From Trypanosoma brucei (lineage: Eukaryota): a stretch of 64,000 nucleotides of DNA. Under the pieces are notes generated by a model. It had not been told where the DNA came from and did no database searches. It saw only the letters and a list, made by a program, of their open reading frames with translations. How positions within the stretch are numbered: the stretch's first letter is position 1; each line of letters starts with the position of its first letter. Made by a program: the position numbers and the translations under genes. The stretch covers positions 512,001 to 576,000 of the forward strand of contig CP000069.1 of assembly GCA_000002445.1 (NCBI GenBank), written 5' to 3'. Below are positions 18,746 to 29,235 of this stretch, one piece after another.

Positions 18746-19608
18746 AATATAACATAAACATTGACGATCATGATTTCTTTTCCCTCTCATTTCACTTTTT
18801 TTTTCCCCCCCTCCCCCATAACTCTCTCCCCTATTCGCTCCTTAATTCATTGCTTTATTTCATTTACATTACCGTTCATCATCAATGTTTTCCCTTTTTT
18901 CCTTTTTCTTTTTCCTTTTCTTTTTTGCTTAATTGTTCAATGAAGGCTTTCACAAACAAATTAACCAATCAATCAACTTATCAATTAAATTACTTGTTTG
19001 TTCATTCACCAATGAAAAAAAACTGAACAAAGGAAGCAAAACAGCTGTACAATAAGGGAAAACAAAACAAAGCAGCAGCGGAAATATAAGAATAAAATAA
19101 ATAAAATAAGATATAAGAAGATATACGCAAGTAAAATAAAAAAAAAAGCAAAAGGAAAGGGGAAACCGTTCGCTCTTATTTCAATATTTGGAAAGGAATA
19201 GTGGACAGAGGAAAACAAAAGGAAAAAAGATATAACAAAAAAAAAAAATTTAAACAATCGACCATTTAAAAGTAGGGGGGAAAAACACAACTACGAAACG
19301 CTCAATAAAAATACGTGTAACAAAAAGAACAAAGTGACGGTGAGGCAAAAGAGAAAAAAAACAATAAAAAAATCCCTTTTTTTTTAAATTTCGAAGGAAG
19401 GAAGAGTTAACAAAGAAAAAAGAAGGGTGGGAAAGGCGGAATTTGATTTTAAAAGAAAAATCACGCTCAAAAATGCCTTTTCCGAAACACTTCACTTCAC
19501 ATCACATCACTTCACTTTCCTTCCTTCTTGTTTTTTTTTCTCGTTGCAACTCTTACAGACACTTTTCACCCTTTTCTTTCATTTTATTTTTCCCTTTGGA
19601 CATAAAGT

Positions 19609-19712
19609 TGGGAAGTGGAGGAGGAGGAGGAGGAGGATTAATTAAATACAAACAAACTGAAAATAAACACACACAGACACAGACACACACACACAGACAG
19701 AGAGAGAGAGAG
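19609..19712. repeat. Cluster of simple repeats: (GGA)n at 19614-19637, then (CA)n, (GACA)n and (GA)n at about 19668-19712.
   Basis: The runs are ggaagtggaggaggaggaggaggaggatta and cacacacagacacagacacacacacacagacagagagagagagag. Confidence 0.85.
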
Positions 19713-20495
19713 TTAACAGTAACACCAACAGCAACAGCAAACCCAACATAACAGAACGCGAAGACGAATCAAAACACCATATCCCCATTCTTCTTTCTTT
19801 CTTTCTTTTTTTTTTCGTTTTTGTTGCTGTTACTGTTGGTTACTTGCATTTTCCGCTACTTAATTAAACAAATTAAGAACAACGAAAACAACAACAGAAA
19901 AACATCGTTTCGAACATTTGCTTCGTCCAGTACATTTTATCGCTTATTAATGTCACTTAATGATACTGATTTTAATAATCGTAAGCATGATAGTGATGAT
20001 AAACAAACAAAGAATTAATAATAATAATAATAGTTAATCGTTATACTCGTTTTGATATTTCCACTTCCCAACATTCGTTTCTTTTTTTTGTTTTTGCCTT
20101 TTTTCATCCCTCTCTTCTTAAATCCCTTTTTTCCCCCCTTTAAATGGACCCCTTCCATTTTCTGTTTGCTTCTCGCGAGAGTCGCAAGCACTTGAATATG
20201 CAAATGCGCAAAGAAAATGTCACGGTTACACTTCAGAGCTTATCTTTAAGTCTAAATGCTACAACCCGCAAGCGGTTCCCTTTCCCCCTTTTCCCTTCTT
20301 TTCTTCCTTCAACATCAGTACAATTTTCATTCGTTTACTTTCATTTTGTCTTGTTCTTTTCCCCCCTTTTTTTTTGGCTCTGTTTCTTTTTTTTGTTTTC
20401 CTTTTTTTTTTTTGGAGAGGAAGGGGAGAAAAGGGAGAAGGAGAAAAGGGGGTTGTTTTCACTACGTTGCTCGTCTTATAACCTTTGCGCGTGTA

Positions 20496-21461
20496 TTAGT
20501 AGGGAACAAAGTATTTGTAGAGGAAAAGGCCAAAAATGCCTCCCAAGAAGGGGATAAACAACGGCACCCAAAAGTAATAATTTCCCGTCGTAAACACCTC
20601 GGAACCGAAGAGAATAGCGGAGAAAACTCTTGGACCAAAATCACGAGCCGGATTAATCGCATAACCGGATGCATAACCAATGTTGTTTCCAATAGCAAAC
20701 ACAAGAGCACCAACTGCCAGCGGTTCATGTCCTTTGGCAGGTGAGTTATTGGGATCAAATATGCCACCGACGCAAAAGAGAAGAATTGCTGTGCAGATAA
20801 ACTCGGAAAAGATGCAGTAAAAGAGACGATTCCCTTCGCGTGGGTACGTGCTGAACATACCGGCAAAACCCTTATCACCAAAACCAACCAACCCACCGCT
20901 GTGTTGCTTCAGAAGATCAGCATAAACACCATAAGCACATGCCGCACCAACAAAAGCACCGAGCATTTGTGCTGCGATGTAACCGGGTACCCGCCTCCAT
21001 GGGAAACAACCAAAAACGGCATTGGCGAGGGTAACCGCCGGGTTAAGATGACCACAAGATATTCCCAATGAAATATAAAGACCCATCGTAACGGCAATTC
21101 CCCAACCAAGCGTGATGCTGAGAAATCCCAAATCCTTATCCAAAATTGTTGTGGCCACTACACCATTACCCATGAAAAGTAGGACGAAGGTTCCAAGAAA
21201 CTCACCCATATAGTTGCGGTAATCCAAACGCAGTTGTCGTGGAGCCCAGTAGTTGACATCAACGGCATCATGTGCTTCATTGTCCGCATTATCACCCACC
21301 AACTCGTTTTCATTCTTTTCCTGTGGATTGGCACTCCGGTTGGGAATGGGTTCATTATTTTCTTCAAAAGGAACCTCACAGGCACCTCCGTTTCGGGCTT
21401 TCAAGCCACGCACATCGGTCTCTGATGGATATTGATGCACGTTAATTTTTTCGTCAGACAT
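20496..21461 (-). CDS. AQP1: Aquaglyceroporin (MIP family) with canonical NPA/NPA filter motifs.
   Basis: 321 aa. First motif is [10 protein letters not shown] and second is [13 protein letters not shown]. Six transmembrane helices are evident. Position after KRS2 matches TbAQP1 (Tb927.6.1520). AQP2 and AQP3 of T. brucei have non-canonical filters, so this is AQP1-like. Confidence 0.85.
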   Translation of the reverse strand: MSDEKINVHQYPSETDVRGLKARNGGACEVPFEENNEPIPNRSANPQEKNENELVGDNADNEAHDAVDVNYWAPRQLRLDYRNYMGEFLGTFVLLFMGNGVVATTILDKDLGFLSITLGWGIAVTMGLYISLGISCGHLNPAVTLANAVFGCFPWRRVPGYIAAQMLGAFVGAACAYGVYADLLKQHSGGLVGFGDKGFAGMFSTYPREGNRLFYCIFSEFICTAILLFCVGGIFDPNNSPAKGHEPLAVGALVFAIGNNIGYASGYAINPARDFGPRVFSAILFGSEVFTTGNYYFWVPLFIPFLGGIFGLFLYKYFVPY

Positions 21462-22600
21462 GGTAATAGTTATAGTAGTAGTAATAATGATAATAATAAT
21501 AGTAATAATACGCCAACAGCACCAGGGGGAAGTAACAAAAAAGAAAAAAACAAAAGTGTTTACCGGTCTATTTTTGATTGTGGTGGACCCCTTTCCTTTT
21601 TTTTCTTTATATATATTGTTCTCCCGCTTGTGTGGTTGTTGTTTTTTTTTTTTTGATAGAACGAACGAAAAACAACAACAACAACAAAGAAGATGCCTGC
21701 TTTATTCTGTGATATATCTGAATAATTTTCTTTCTTCCTTTTTTTCGAGTTGACCAATTAAATATATGTATTTATTTACCGTACCATAACCAATGGTAAT
21801 AAGTTGTTGGAGCACGGAGAAAAAAGAAAGCAAAGCAGAATAAAATAAAAATAAAAGGGGAAAAGAGGGAATACATGCAAATAGTATAAACACAGCCACA
21901 TATATTTATATATGCATATTAAGTCAGATGGAGAGATGCATAAATAAAAATAAAGGCGACATCGTTTGATGGGGTTAAGTGGAAGAACGTCTCCACTCCC
22001 CACGGAAATGAGTTCGTTTACCTTCCAGCTACTGCGCACAGGTGCAAGATACCTCTTTTTTTTTTTCACTGATTTTTTAAAAATTAATATCGAGGAAAAA
22101 ATACGCATATATATATATATATATATATATTTCAATATATTTCAATTTATATTCATATAAATAGGTAAAAAAAAGAAAGGTTAATAAGGAATAATTTCCC
22201 TTTTGTTTTGTTTTCGTTATTCTTGGTGTCGGAAAATAAAAAGAAGATGGGACACGATTATGCTACGCGACAAAAAAAAAATTCAGATGCTGAACGATAG
22301 AAAAGTATCAAGTGTGGGGGGGGGGAAACCGTATAAAAAAACACACAAAAAAAAAGGCAAGCACAAATATTCGCCTTCCCAGAAGCACGCGTACACCCGT
22401 TCGGTTATGTCTCCACTTTTCTCTATTACTTGCCTTTAAAAAATACACAGTTCAGCGCAAGTGTCATGGAGTGGTGAAGTAAAGCTACTTTATTTTTTAT
22501 CGATTAGTCTATCGTTCTTTTTTTGTTTTTTTTCACTGTTTTTCTGCGAGTTAAAAGTTATACCATATCTTTGGCGCAATCTTTCTGCTTTCACTCCCCG

Positions 22601-22638
<38 letters not shown>

Positions 22639-22645
22639 TATATCT
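22601..22645. repeat. (TA)n microsatellite.
   Basis: tatatatatatatatatatatatttatatatatatatttatatc. Similar (TA)n runs occur at 22107-22130, 26548-26568, 38671-38690, 39295-39320, 51059-51078, 55632-55649 and 59108-59131. Confidence 0.9.
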
Positions 22646-22861
22646 TTCCCTTAAAAAAAAAAGGAAAATTATATCCATCTCTTTTTTTTTCTTTTTGGAA
22701 ATTACTATATTTCGTTCTAACATCCATTGATTCCCTTATACTCTTTTTTTTTTTACGAAATAAACGTGCAGCTCTCGCGTATACGTGTGTCGTGTTAACC
22801 CCTTCCCTTCAAGCGCCATAATAAGATTATGGCGCCCCTCCGCCAAACTGTTGCGATTACC

Positions 22862-23806
22862 TTAAAAAAGGAAACCAGAACACCACGTGTCGTAAATACT
22901 GTCTGCAATGGGACGGTTCTGTTCGATACGTCCCTCACGAAGGCACTTTTCAATACACTCGCGTGTCATGGAACCTGGGGACACAAGTGGCCTCCCATCA
23001 GGCGTTTTCGCACCTTCCGCTCCTTTTCTGAGAATATCTGCAAGTTCCTCTTCGGTGTATAATGTGGGGAATTGAGAAGAAATGAGGCTTCTCACCTTAT
23101 CCTCATCCACTTCAGGATGAAATTGCATTCCCAGAGCAAACTGATCCCCAACCTGAAAGGCTTGATTGGCACAATATGCCCCGGTTACAATTCGGCGAGC
23201 ACCTTGTGGGATGGTGAAGGAATCCGTGTGAATATGAAACGCATCGAAGCGTTTCCGTCCACCGAACCAATCCTTCACATCCTCCGCCTCCTCCACCACC
23301 ATTTCATACCAACCAACTTCAATATTTTCTGAAAGCACAATGCGGCCGCCCAGCGCACTTGAAAGCAACTGGCCTCCGAGGCAATGCCCAATGACGGGAA
23401 TCCTCTTCTCCAAGCACGACCGCATGAGGGAGCGAATCGATTCAAAGTAGGATAATTCATCATTAACACTCATCGAGCCACCAAAGCTCGCCACGGCACG
23501 GATGCGGCAATCCTCCGCAACATTGGAAGATACGGGTGCTAAAGAGGTTGAGGTTGTTACTAATGATTCAGATTCAGTGCTGGGAGCTGCTGTGGAATTA
23601 ACCAGACACGGTACATAATGATGGGGCTTGTTTGCCACCGGTAGGCACCGAATCGTCTCACCAGCAGCTTTGGGCACAAGCGAAGCAACCCGTTCTTCCC
23701 AGCAACGAAACATGACAAAATCCATTCCTCTAGTGACGAGATACTTTATCATATATGCGCCGGTGTCTTGTTCTTCGTGGAGAAGCATCACAATCACGGG
23801 CCGCAT
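22862..23806 (-). CDS. Class I glutamine amidotransferase-like protein.
   Basis: The glutamine-amidotransferase class I catalytic Cys motif is present (PVIGHCLGGQLL), as is the downstream His motif (GMQFHPE). 314 aa. Confidence 0.6.
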   Translation of the reverse strand: MRPVIVMLLHEEQDTGAYMIKYLVTRGMDFVMFRCWEERVASLVPKAAGETIRCLPVANKPHHYVPCLVNSTAAPSTESESLVTTSTSLAPVSSNVAEDCRIRAVASFGGSMSVNDELSYFESIRSLMRSCLEKRIPVIGHCLGGQLLSSALGGRIVLSENIEVGWYEMVVEEAEDVKDWFGGRKRFDAFHIHTDSFTIPQGARRIVTGAYCANQAFQVGDQFALGMQFHPEVDEDKVRSLISSQFPTLYTEEELADILRKGAEGAKTPDGRPLVSPGSMTRECIEKCLREGRIEQNRPIADSIYDTWCSGFLF

Positions 23807-24814
23807 TTTCCTTTTTGTTCTTTTTTGGTTAAGTATTTTTTTTTTAATTAATTTTACCTATGCTACAGCCTTTCTGTCTTTTCCTGCCCTTTGGTTTCCT
23901 TACAGCGCGCAAGGCCTGAAACATCGCATATACAGTTGGTTCCATGAAAAGCGGAAGAAAATCACGTATGTTTGAGATAGTGCAACATATTCATTAGTGT
24001 TTCTTACGTTCCACCAAAAAGAAAACAACAACAACAACAATAGTAACCACAGGTAGCACAATGTAACAAAATATAAAAATGGTATAACAGCAATACAGAA
24101 CTCGTCACAATTCCATGAAAATTGGATAGTGTGGTGGCATGGAATGCATCGGTATGTGTGAGTGAAGAGAATCAATCAGAGGGTGAGATAGAATCACCTT
24201 GTAGCTGCCTTCACATTATTCCTTCGTGAAGGCGCCAATAAAAATTCAGTAGTTTTTCTTTTTTCTTTTCCCCCTCTCAAAAAACCTTCCATATGGGTCT
24301 ATCCTCTTCTCTTCAGTTCACGCGCACATGATCGCTAGTCACTTCTTCCTTTTTCATCCTTCATATATCCATATCTTCTCTCAGTCAGTCCTTTTCACAC
24401 AACCTTTTTTTCTTTTCTTTTTCTTTCATTCGCTCCTCTCCAACGCTTACGCCTCTCCTTCCCCTCCTTTCGTCCAGTTTACCTTCCAGCCATCAATTTC
24501 TCCTTTTTCCCCCCCTTTCCCTTCCAATTATCTCGCACGTTTCTCCTTTGGTTTCCCTTTCATATCAACAACCAACCATGCCAACCCGCACCTCATCATC
24601 ATCACCTCATATCCGCTCCTCCTCTCTCCCTCCAAAACAAAAGGAAGAAGCAGAAGAAAAAAAAAAAAGGAAGTTAATAAACGGTTCATTTGGCGGTTTG
24701 GAAGGTAAGCAATAACAAAACGTTAATAGCGACGGTGGCAGTAATAACACAATAGCAACAAGTGGAAGCAGACACGGCGTGACTAACGTGTAAATATGGC
24801 GAAACGATCACCAC

Positions 24815-25975
24815 CTAAAAGCTGTAGTTAAGGAAGTAAAACTTGAACGACAATGTAATAAGGAGATGAAGCACAGCAACCAGCCCCGACAACCCAAGAT
24901 GCCACTGTGCGGGTAGCATTGCTTTCCACAGCTTTCCGAAATTCGTGAGCAGGTACGCAGTTGAAAGACCACCGCCCATCAGTACAAGAAACCACTGAAC
25001 AAATGATATAGGAATAGCACATAGGATTGTAATAGGAATAAAAACAAACATGCTGTAACCGTAGAGACATAGTGTGTCTGTTAGTGACAAGGGTAGACTT
25101 TTAAACCTCATCACACCCCACAGAATACAGCTGAAGCCAAAGCAGTAGAGGTAAATAACAAGACTCGCTATGGATGCCATAGTGAAATCATATGTCCACT
25201 TCTTGTCATGGTTGGGATTCCTACCATATTCAATGCGGCTCATGATGTTGCTCACAATACCGAGCAACATCCACAATGTGGTACAAATCCAAAATGGACC
25301 GTAGAGGTCAGGTTTAACGGTGTTTGCGGTATCCTGACCGTCGGTCGCCACATCAGCAAGTGATCCGGTACCTGCTACCCATGTGTGATTCTTCATATAA
25401 TCGGGTGTCATGGTGGGGATAAGTGAATCCCTCATGCGGTTGAGCACAACTTCAGTGGTTACATCAAAAAACTGCTGATAGAATTCGATGGTCCAAATCT
25501 TCATCGACGGTTGTGCAAAGATTTCGCCCCCTTGTTGCTGTTGAAGGGGAGGAGGTGGTGATTGGCTTCCGTAAGTTCCACCAGGCACACCGGCAGGAGG
25601 AACCATTCCTGTGGGTGACGGAGACATCTGAGGTCCTGATGGTTGTCCTCCATATGTGCCAGTGACACCCGCAAACGGTTGATTTGGTTGAGCGTATGGC
25701 TGAGGTGACGGTTGACTCATTGGAGCGTACGGTTGAGGCGGCTGCCCGTATGACGCAGCTGTTGGTTGAGCCATTGGAGGTTGGAAAGGCGTTGCAGCTG
25801 TTGGTTGACTCATTGGAGCGTACGGTTGAGGCGTTTGCCCGTATGACGCAGTCGTTGGTTGAGCCATTGGAGGTTGGAAAGGCGTTGCAGCTGTTGGAGG
25901 TGCGGCAACCGGTGCAGGGGAGCCACCAAACTCCTTGAAGGGGTCAAACGGTTCATCACTTCTACTGGCTGCCAT
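24815..25975 (-). CDS. Yip1/Yif1-domain membrane protein with a Pro/Gln-rich N-terminal region containing an in-frame tandem repeat.
   Basis: The KPDLYGPFWI signature is followed by five predicted transmembrane segments. The N-terminus carries about 2.3 copies of a 31-aa unit (TPFQPPMAQPT[T/A]ASYGQ[T/P]PQPYAPMSQP), visible as a 93-bp DNA tandem repeat at about 25690-25900. Confidence 0.55.
   Translation of the reverse strand: MAASRSDEPFDPFKEFGGSPAPVAAPPTAATPFQPPMAQPTTASYGQTPQPYAPMSQPTAATPFQPPMAQPTAASYGQPPQPYAPMSQPSPQPYAQPNQPFAGVTGTYGGQPSGPQMSPSPTGMVPPAGVPGGTYGSQSPPPPLQQQQGGEIFAQPSMKIWTIEFYQQFFDVTTEVVLNRMRDSLIPTMTPDYMKNHTWVAGTGSLADVATDGQDTANTVKPDLYGPFWICTTLWMLLGIVSNIMSRIEYGRNPNHDKKWTYDFTMASIASLVIYLYCFGFSCILWGVMRFKSLPLSLTDTLCLYGYSMFVFIPITILCAIPISFVQWFLVLMGGGLSTAYLLTNFGKLWKAMLPAQWHLGLSGLVAVLHLLITLSFKFYFLNYSF
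25690..25900 (-). repeat. Intragenic in-frame tandem repeat (93-bp unit, about 2.3 copies) encoding a Pro/Gln-rich motif.
   Basis: Near-identical DNA copies: ggttgactcattggagcgtacggttgaggcg[g/t]...gccattggaggttggaaaggcgttgcagctgttgg occurs twice back to back. Confidence 0.7.
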
Positions 25976-27341
25976 GGAACAGTGTCTCTTTTTCTCCTTA
26001 CCTAATCACTCGTTACTTTCTTTCCCCTCCTTGCCTTGTCTAATAATAAGGTTCCCCTTTTGGTGGTGGAGCTCGGGTGCAGTACTCCTTTTTTTTTCTT
26101 CTCTCTTTTTACCCTTTTAGGTCCGTAGTGGTGAAATGGCCGTGTCTTATAGATTTGGAGGTAGTGGCGGCACTTTTCCTTCGGTTCTTTACATGAACAG
26201 AAGAAGGATTGACATCAAGGGGAGAGCAGTAGGAAGGTAAGATGTACATGAGAAGGGAGAAAAATCAGAAATAAAGAAACCAACCTCTGAATACAACTGC
26301 TGTTGACGAAGTTGCAACCCTCTACACGTTGACGCTGCTATTCGTTACGTCCAGCTACCTCTCTTTTTTTTTTTTTTGAAAAAAAAGTAAAAAAAGTAAA
26401 AAAAATAAAAACACAGACTCACACATGAGACCCAATATTTGTTTGCGGGAACGTAGCTATAGCTCTCCCACTGAGGCAAGTTTCTTTACGCTTCATCGTG
26501 GCTGAAGCTTACAAAATATCCGCTTTAATACATATCTGTTTCTGTATTATATATATATATATATATATGAATGGTGCATTACGTTAAGTGATTGGTAGAA
26601 ATGTAATTAAATACAAGCACGTATTAATTCATTCTTTTTTCTTTCGTTTTGAAGAGGTCCAATTGTATATGACCTTACTTTCGCTTTCGCTTCCGTTTGT
26701 TGGTTCCTTTTTTTTATACGTTACTTTTACGATTAACTTCGAGCTACGGTCTCGTTTCGTGACATACCGCCTTTTATTACCGACTTCAGTTATATGTTTT
26801 AATCCTCTCCACCTTCATAATCAAAAGACTCTACGCTCTCACTTATTTTTCCTCTGGAAACCTCACCTTTCACTTCTTCGATTTTTTATTTTTGTCTCCC
26901 ATTCCGCCACGCAGTCGGTTTAGCAGTTTAATCCTTAGTTGTTTCATTCTCTATTCCCGTCCACGTAAACACACCTCAGTACACATTGATATATATATAC
27001 ATATAATCGTTCTTCCTCACATTCATTTACTTCACACTCACGTACCTGAGTCAAAGCGAGACTGGCCGAATGAAAAGGATGAGAAGATAAATAGCCGTGA
27101 GTGTATGAAGAGGAGGCAATGCAGTAATGAAGACCACCATCCACGTTAATAATGATAATAACAATAATAATACTGTTGCTGTTGATGGAAGACAAATTAG
27201 GCACTTCGGTAAGTGAGAAATGAAAAGGGGGAAAAGGGCGGAGAAATCATGTTGACAGGTAGAGCAGGCTGATGCGTTGTGATGGAAGGAAAGTAAGGCA
27301 CAAAATGGTTCGCAGTAACATGAGGCTATTCGCCGTCTGAA

Positions 27342-28403
27342 TCAGCGCGCTGCGACCCGCCTCCTTTTAAGCAGCACGGAGCCAAGGTAGGTTAACGCAA
27401 CAACACTGAAGACGCTGGCAGCAGCAACGCAGAACCGCCGCGTGCGCATGTCCCTAATCTCCCGGTCGCTTCTCTTTGTTTTAAGTGCCGCATCCAATTC
27501 AATTTCCGTTGAAAGGCGGACGTCAGGGTTGTTGTACCACTCAATCAGTCCGATACCACACGTTGGGGAAAGCACTGCATGTACTAGCGCCTGCATATCC
27601 TCATCAGAAAGATTGGAGGAGCACAAATCCAACGAGTAGAGATGGCGCATGTGCTCCACGTAATGAATAAATGCGCACCTTCCCTCGGGCCCGACGTTAG
27701 CATTGCATCCAAGGTCTAAGTGTGAGAGGCGAGTGTTGCTAGTGCGAGACAACGCCTCCCCGATGGCGCTGAAACCCGTGTCGCCAATGACGTTGACGGA
27801 TAGAAAAACACTCTCTAGCCTCGAGTAGGGAGAGAGAAAAAGATAATCGGCGATATCAATGGCTCCCTCATCTCCGATGCGGTTGTCACTAATGTCGAGC
27901 GAGCGCAGCGTCGGATGAGCTCCGAGTGCTCGGGCGAGGAGTGAGGCTCCCGCATCACCAAGCATATTGAAAGCAAGGGACAAATTAGTGATGCACTTGC
28001 TGTTGAGGAGTCCATCACAGAGAGTTGGCACTCCACGCGGGGTTATGTGAGAGTTCACCAGTAAAAGTGTTTCGATACAACCTTGGTCAAGTAAATATGC
28101 GACATCCACCAGGGATTCATCGAGGATACTGTTTTCGCTTATATCAAGGTAACGCAGTTTGGGACAATGCCGAATGAGGGCCTTGCAGAGGCACTGCGCG
28201 CCAGGGGGGCCTACTCGATTGTTCTTGACGTCAAGTTCCTCCAGTTTCTTCATGCGAACGATATGTTCCCTCACCATATCCACAAAGACATCGGGAGGTA
28301 TACTGTTGCCGGAAACGTTGAACGTTCGGACGATTTCATGATTCGGCACAACCGTATCAAGTGAATGAGCTTCAAGGTCACCATATGAAAGATCAATGTC
28401 CAT
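27342..28403 (-). CDS. Leucine-rich-repeat protein of the ribonuclease-inhibitor-like class, with a C-terminal hydrophobic anchor.
   Basis: Leucine-rich-repeat units are present (LDISDNRIGDEGAIDIADYL, LDLGCNANVGPEG, LDISENSILDESLVDVAYLL). The C-terminus (FCVAAASVFSVVALTYLGSVLLKRRRVAAR) looks like a tail anchor. The track start (28415) is a GTG; the first ATG is at 28403 (MDIDLSYG). Confidence 0.6.
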   Translation of the reverse strand: MDIDLSYGDLEAHSLDTVVPNHEIVRTFNVSGNSIPPDVFVDMVREHIVRMKKLEELDVKNNRVGPPGAQCLCKALIRHCPKLRYLDISENSILDESLVDVAYLLDQGCIETLLLVNSHITPRGVPTLCDGLLNSKCITNLSLAFNMLGDAGASLLARALGAHPTLRSLDISDNRIGDEGAIDIADYLFLSPYSRLESVFLSVNVIGDTGFSAIGEALSRTSNTRLSHLDLGCNANVGPEGRCAFIHYVEHMRHLYSLDLCSSNLSDEDMQALVHAVLSPTCGIGLIEWYNNPDVRLSTEIELDAALKTKRSDREIRDMRTRRFCVAAASVFSVVALTYLGSVLLKRRRVAAR

Positions 28404-29235
28404 AGTGTACTTCACAGTGAGGAAGAGCAGAATTCAAGGGGGGGAGAAGGCCCAAAACAAAGTTAACAAGCATCTACTACGGTGAAAGATAGCAAGCACC
28501 CCAAACCGTCATAATAATCGAATTTTCCTCGGTGAATAATAATAATTTCAACGGCAACAAACCATGCATACGCATTTACGGGATGATTGTGAACGAAAAG
28601 GAATCAGCGAATTGTAGGAGGTCCACAGACAAACCGTGCCAAGCATGCGTACTACACTCCTACGAGCAGATCCCTTTTGTCTCTTTAAAAAAATAAAAAA
28701 TAAACAAGCAACGGCGCCGCAGTGCGGAAGAACCAACAGAGAACAGTGGAGAGATGCAACAACAAACGGTGAATAATGGAACTTGCAAACACTTGACAAA
28801 AGCGAATGCTCTCCTGTAACTGCAACCTTGCACAGATAAACAGTTCGCAATGCATGTACAGGGAGTTCAAGCGGTAGAGGCGTCAACATTGACCAAAGTT
28901 GGTAGATAAATGAACAGAAATAACAAATGACGACAAAGATTCCTTGCATTAGACGGCGGCTTTCAGATTTCGTAATAAACGTGACGAACCAATGAGCTCC
29001 AACAGCCTTGACCAAGTAGGCCCAACGAACGGCAGTCTATACATGGCGAGGAATAATTAAGCAGCCAAATGAAAGCAACACGAAACAGCAGTTAATGCGC
29101 TACTTGCCGATTGCACGTATCATCACACTAACCAGTTTGGCGCGCCCACCCATTCGCAAGCCGCTCTCTCCCGTTCTTTCCTCAAATGTTTCATTCCTTC
29201 CTGATAATGTTTCTCCCTTTTAATTCCGCCACAGT

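Noticed and set aside
18068-20744. Many 60-160 aa ORFs in the spacer upstream of the lysyl-tRNA synthetase gene (for example 19006..19290, 20144..20557, 20256..20744).
   Set aside because: These are translations of homopolymer or microsatellite DNA (poly-F/L/K/S peptides) with no start-codon context. One overlaps the 3' end of the aquaglyceroporin gene on the opposite strand.
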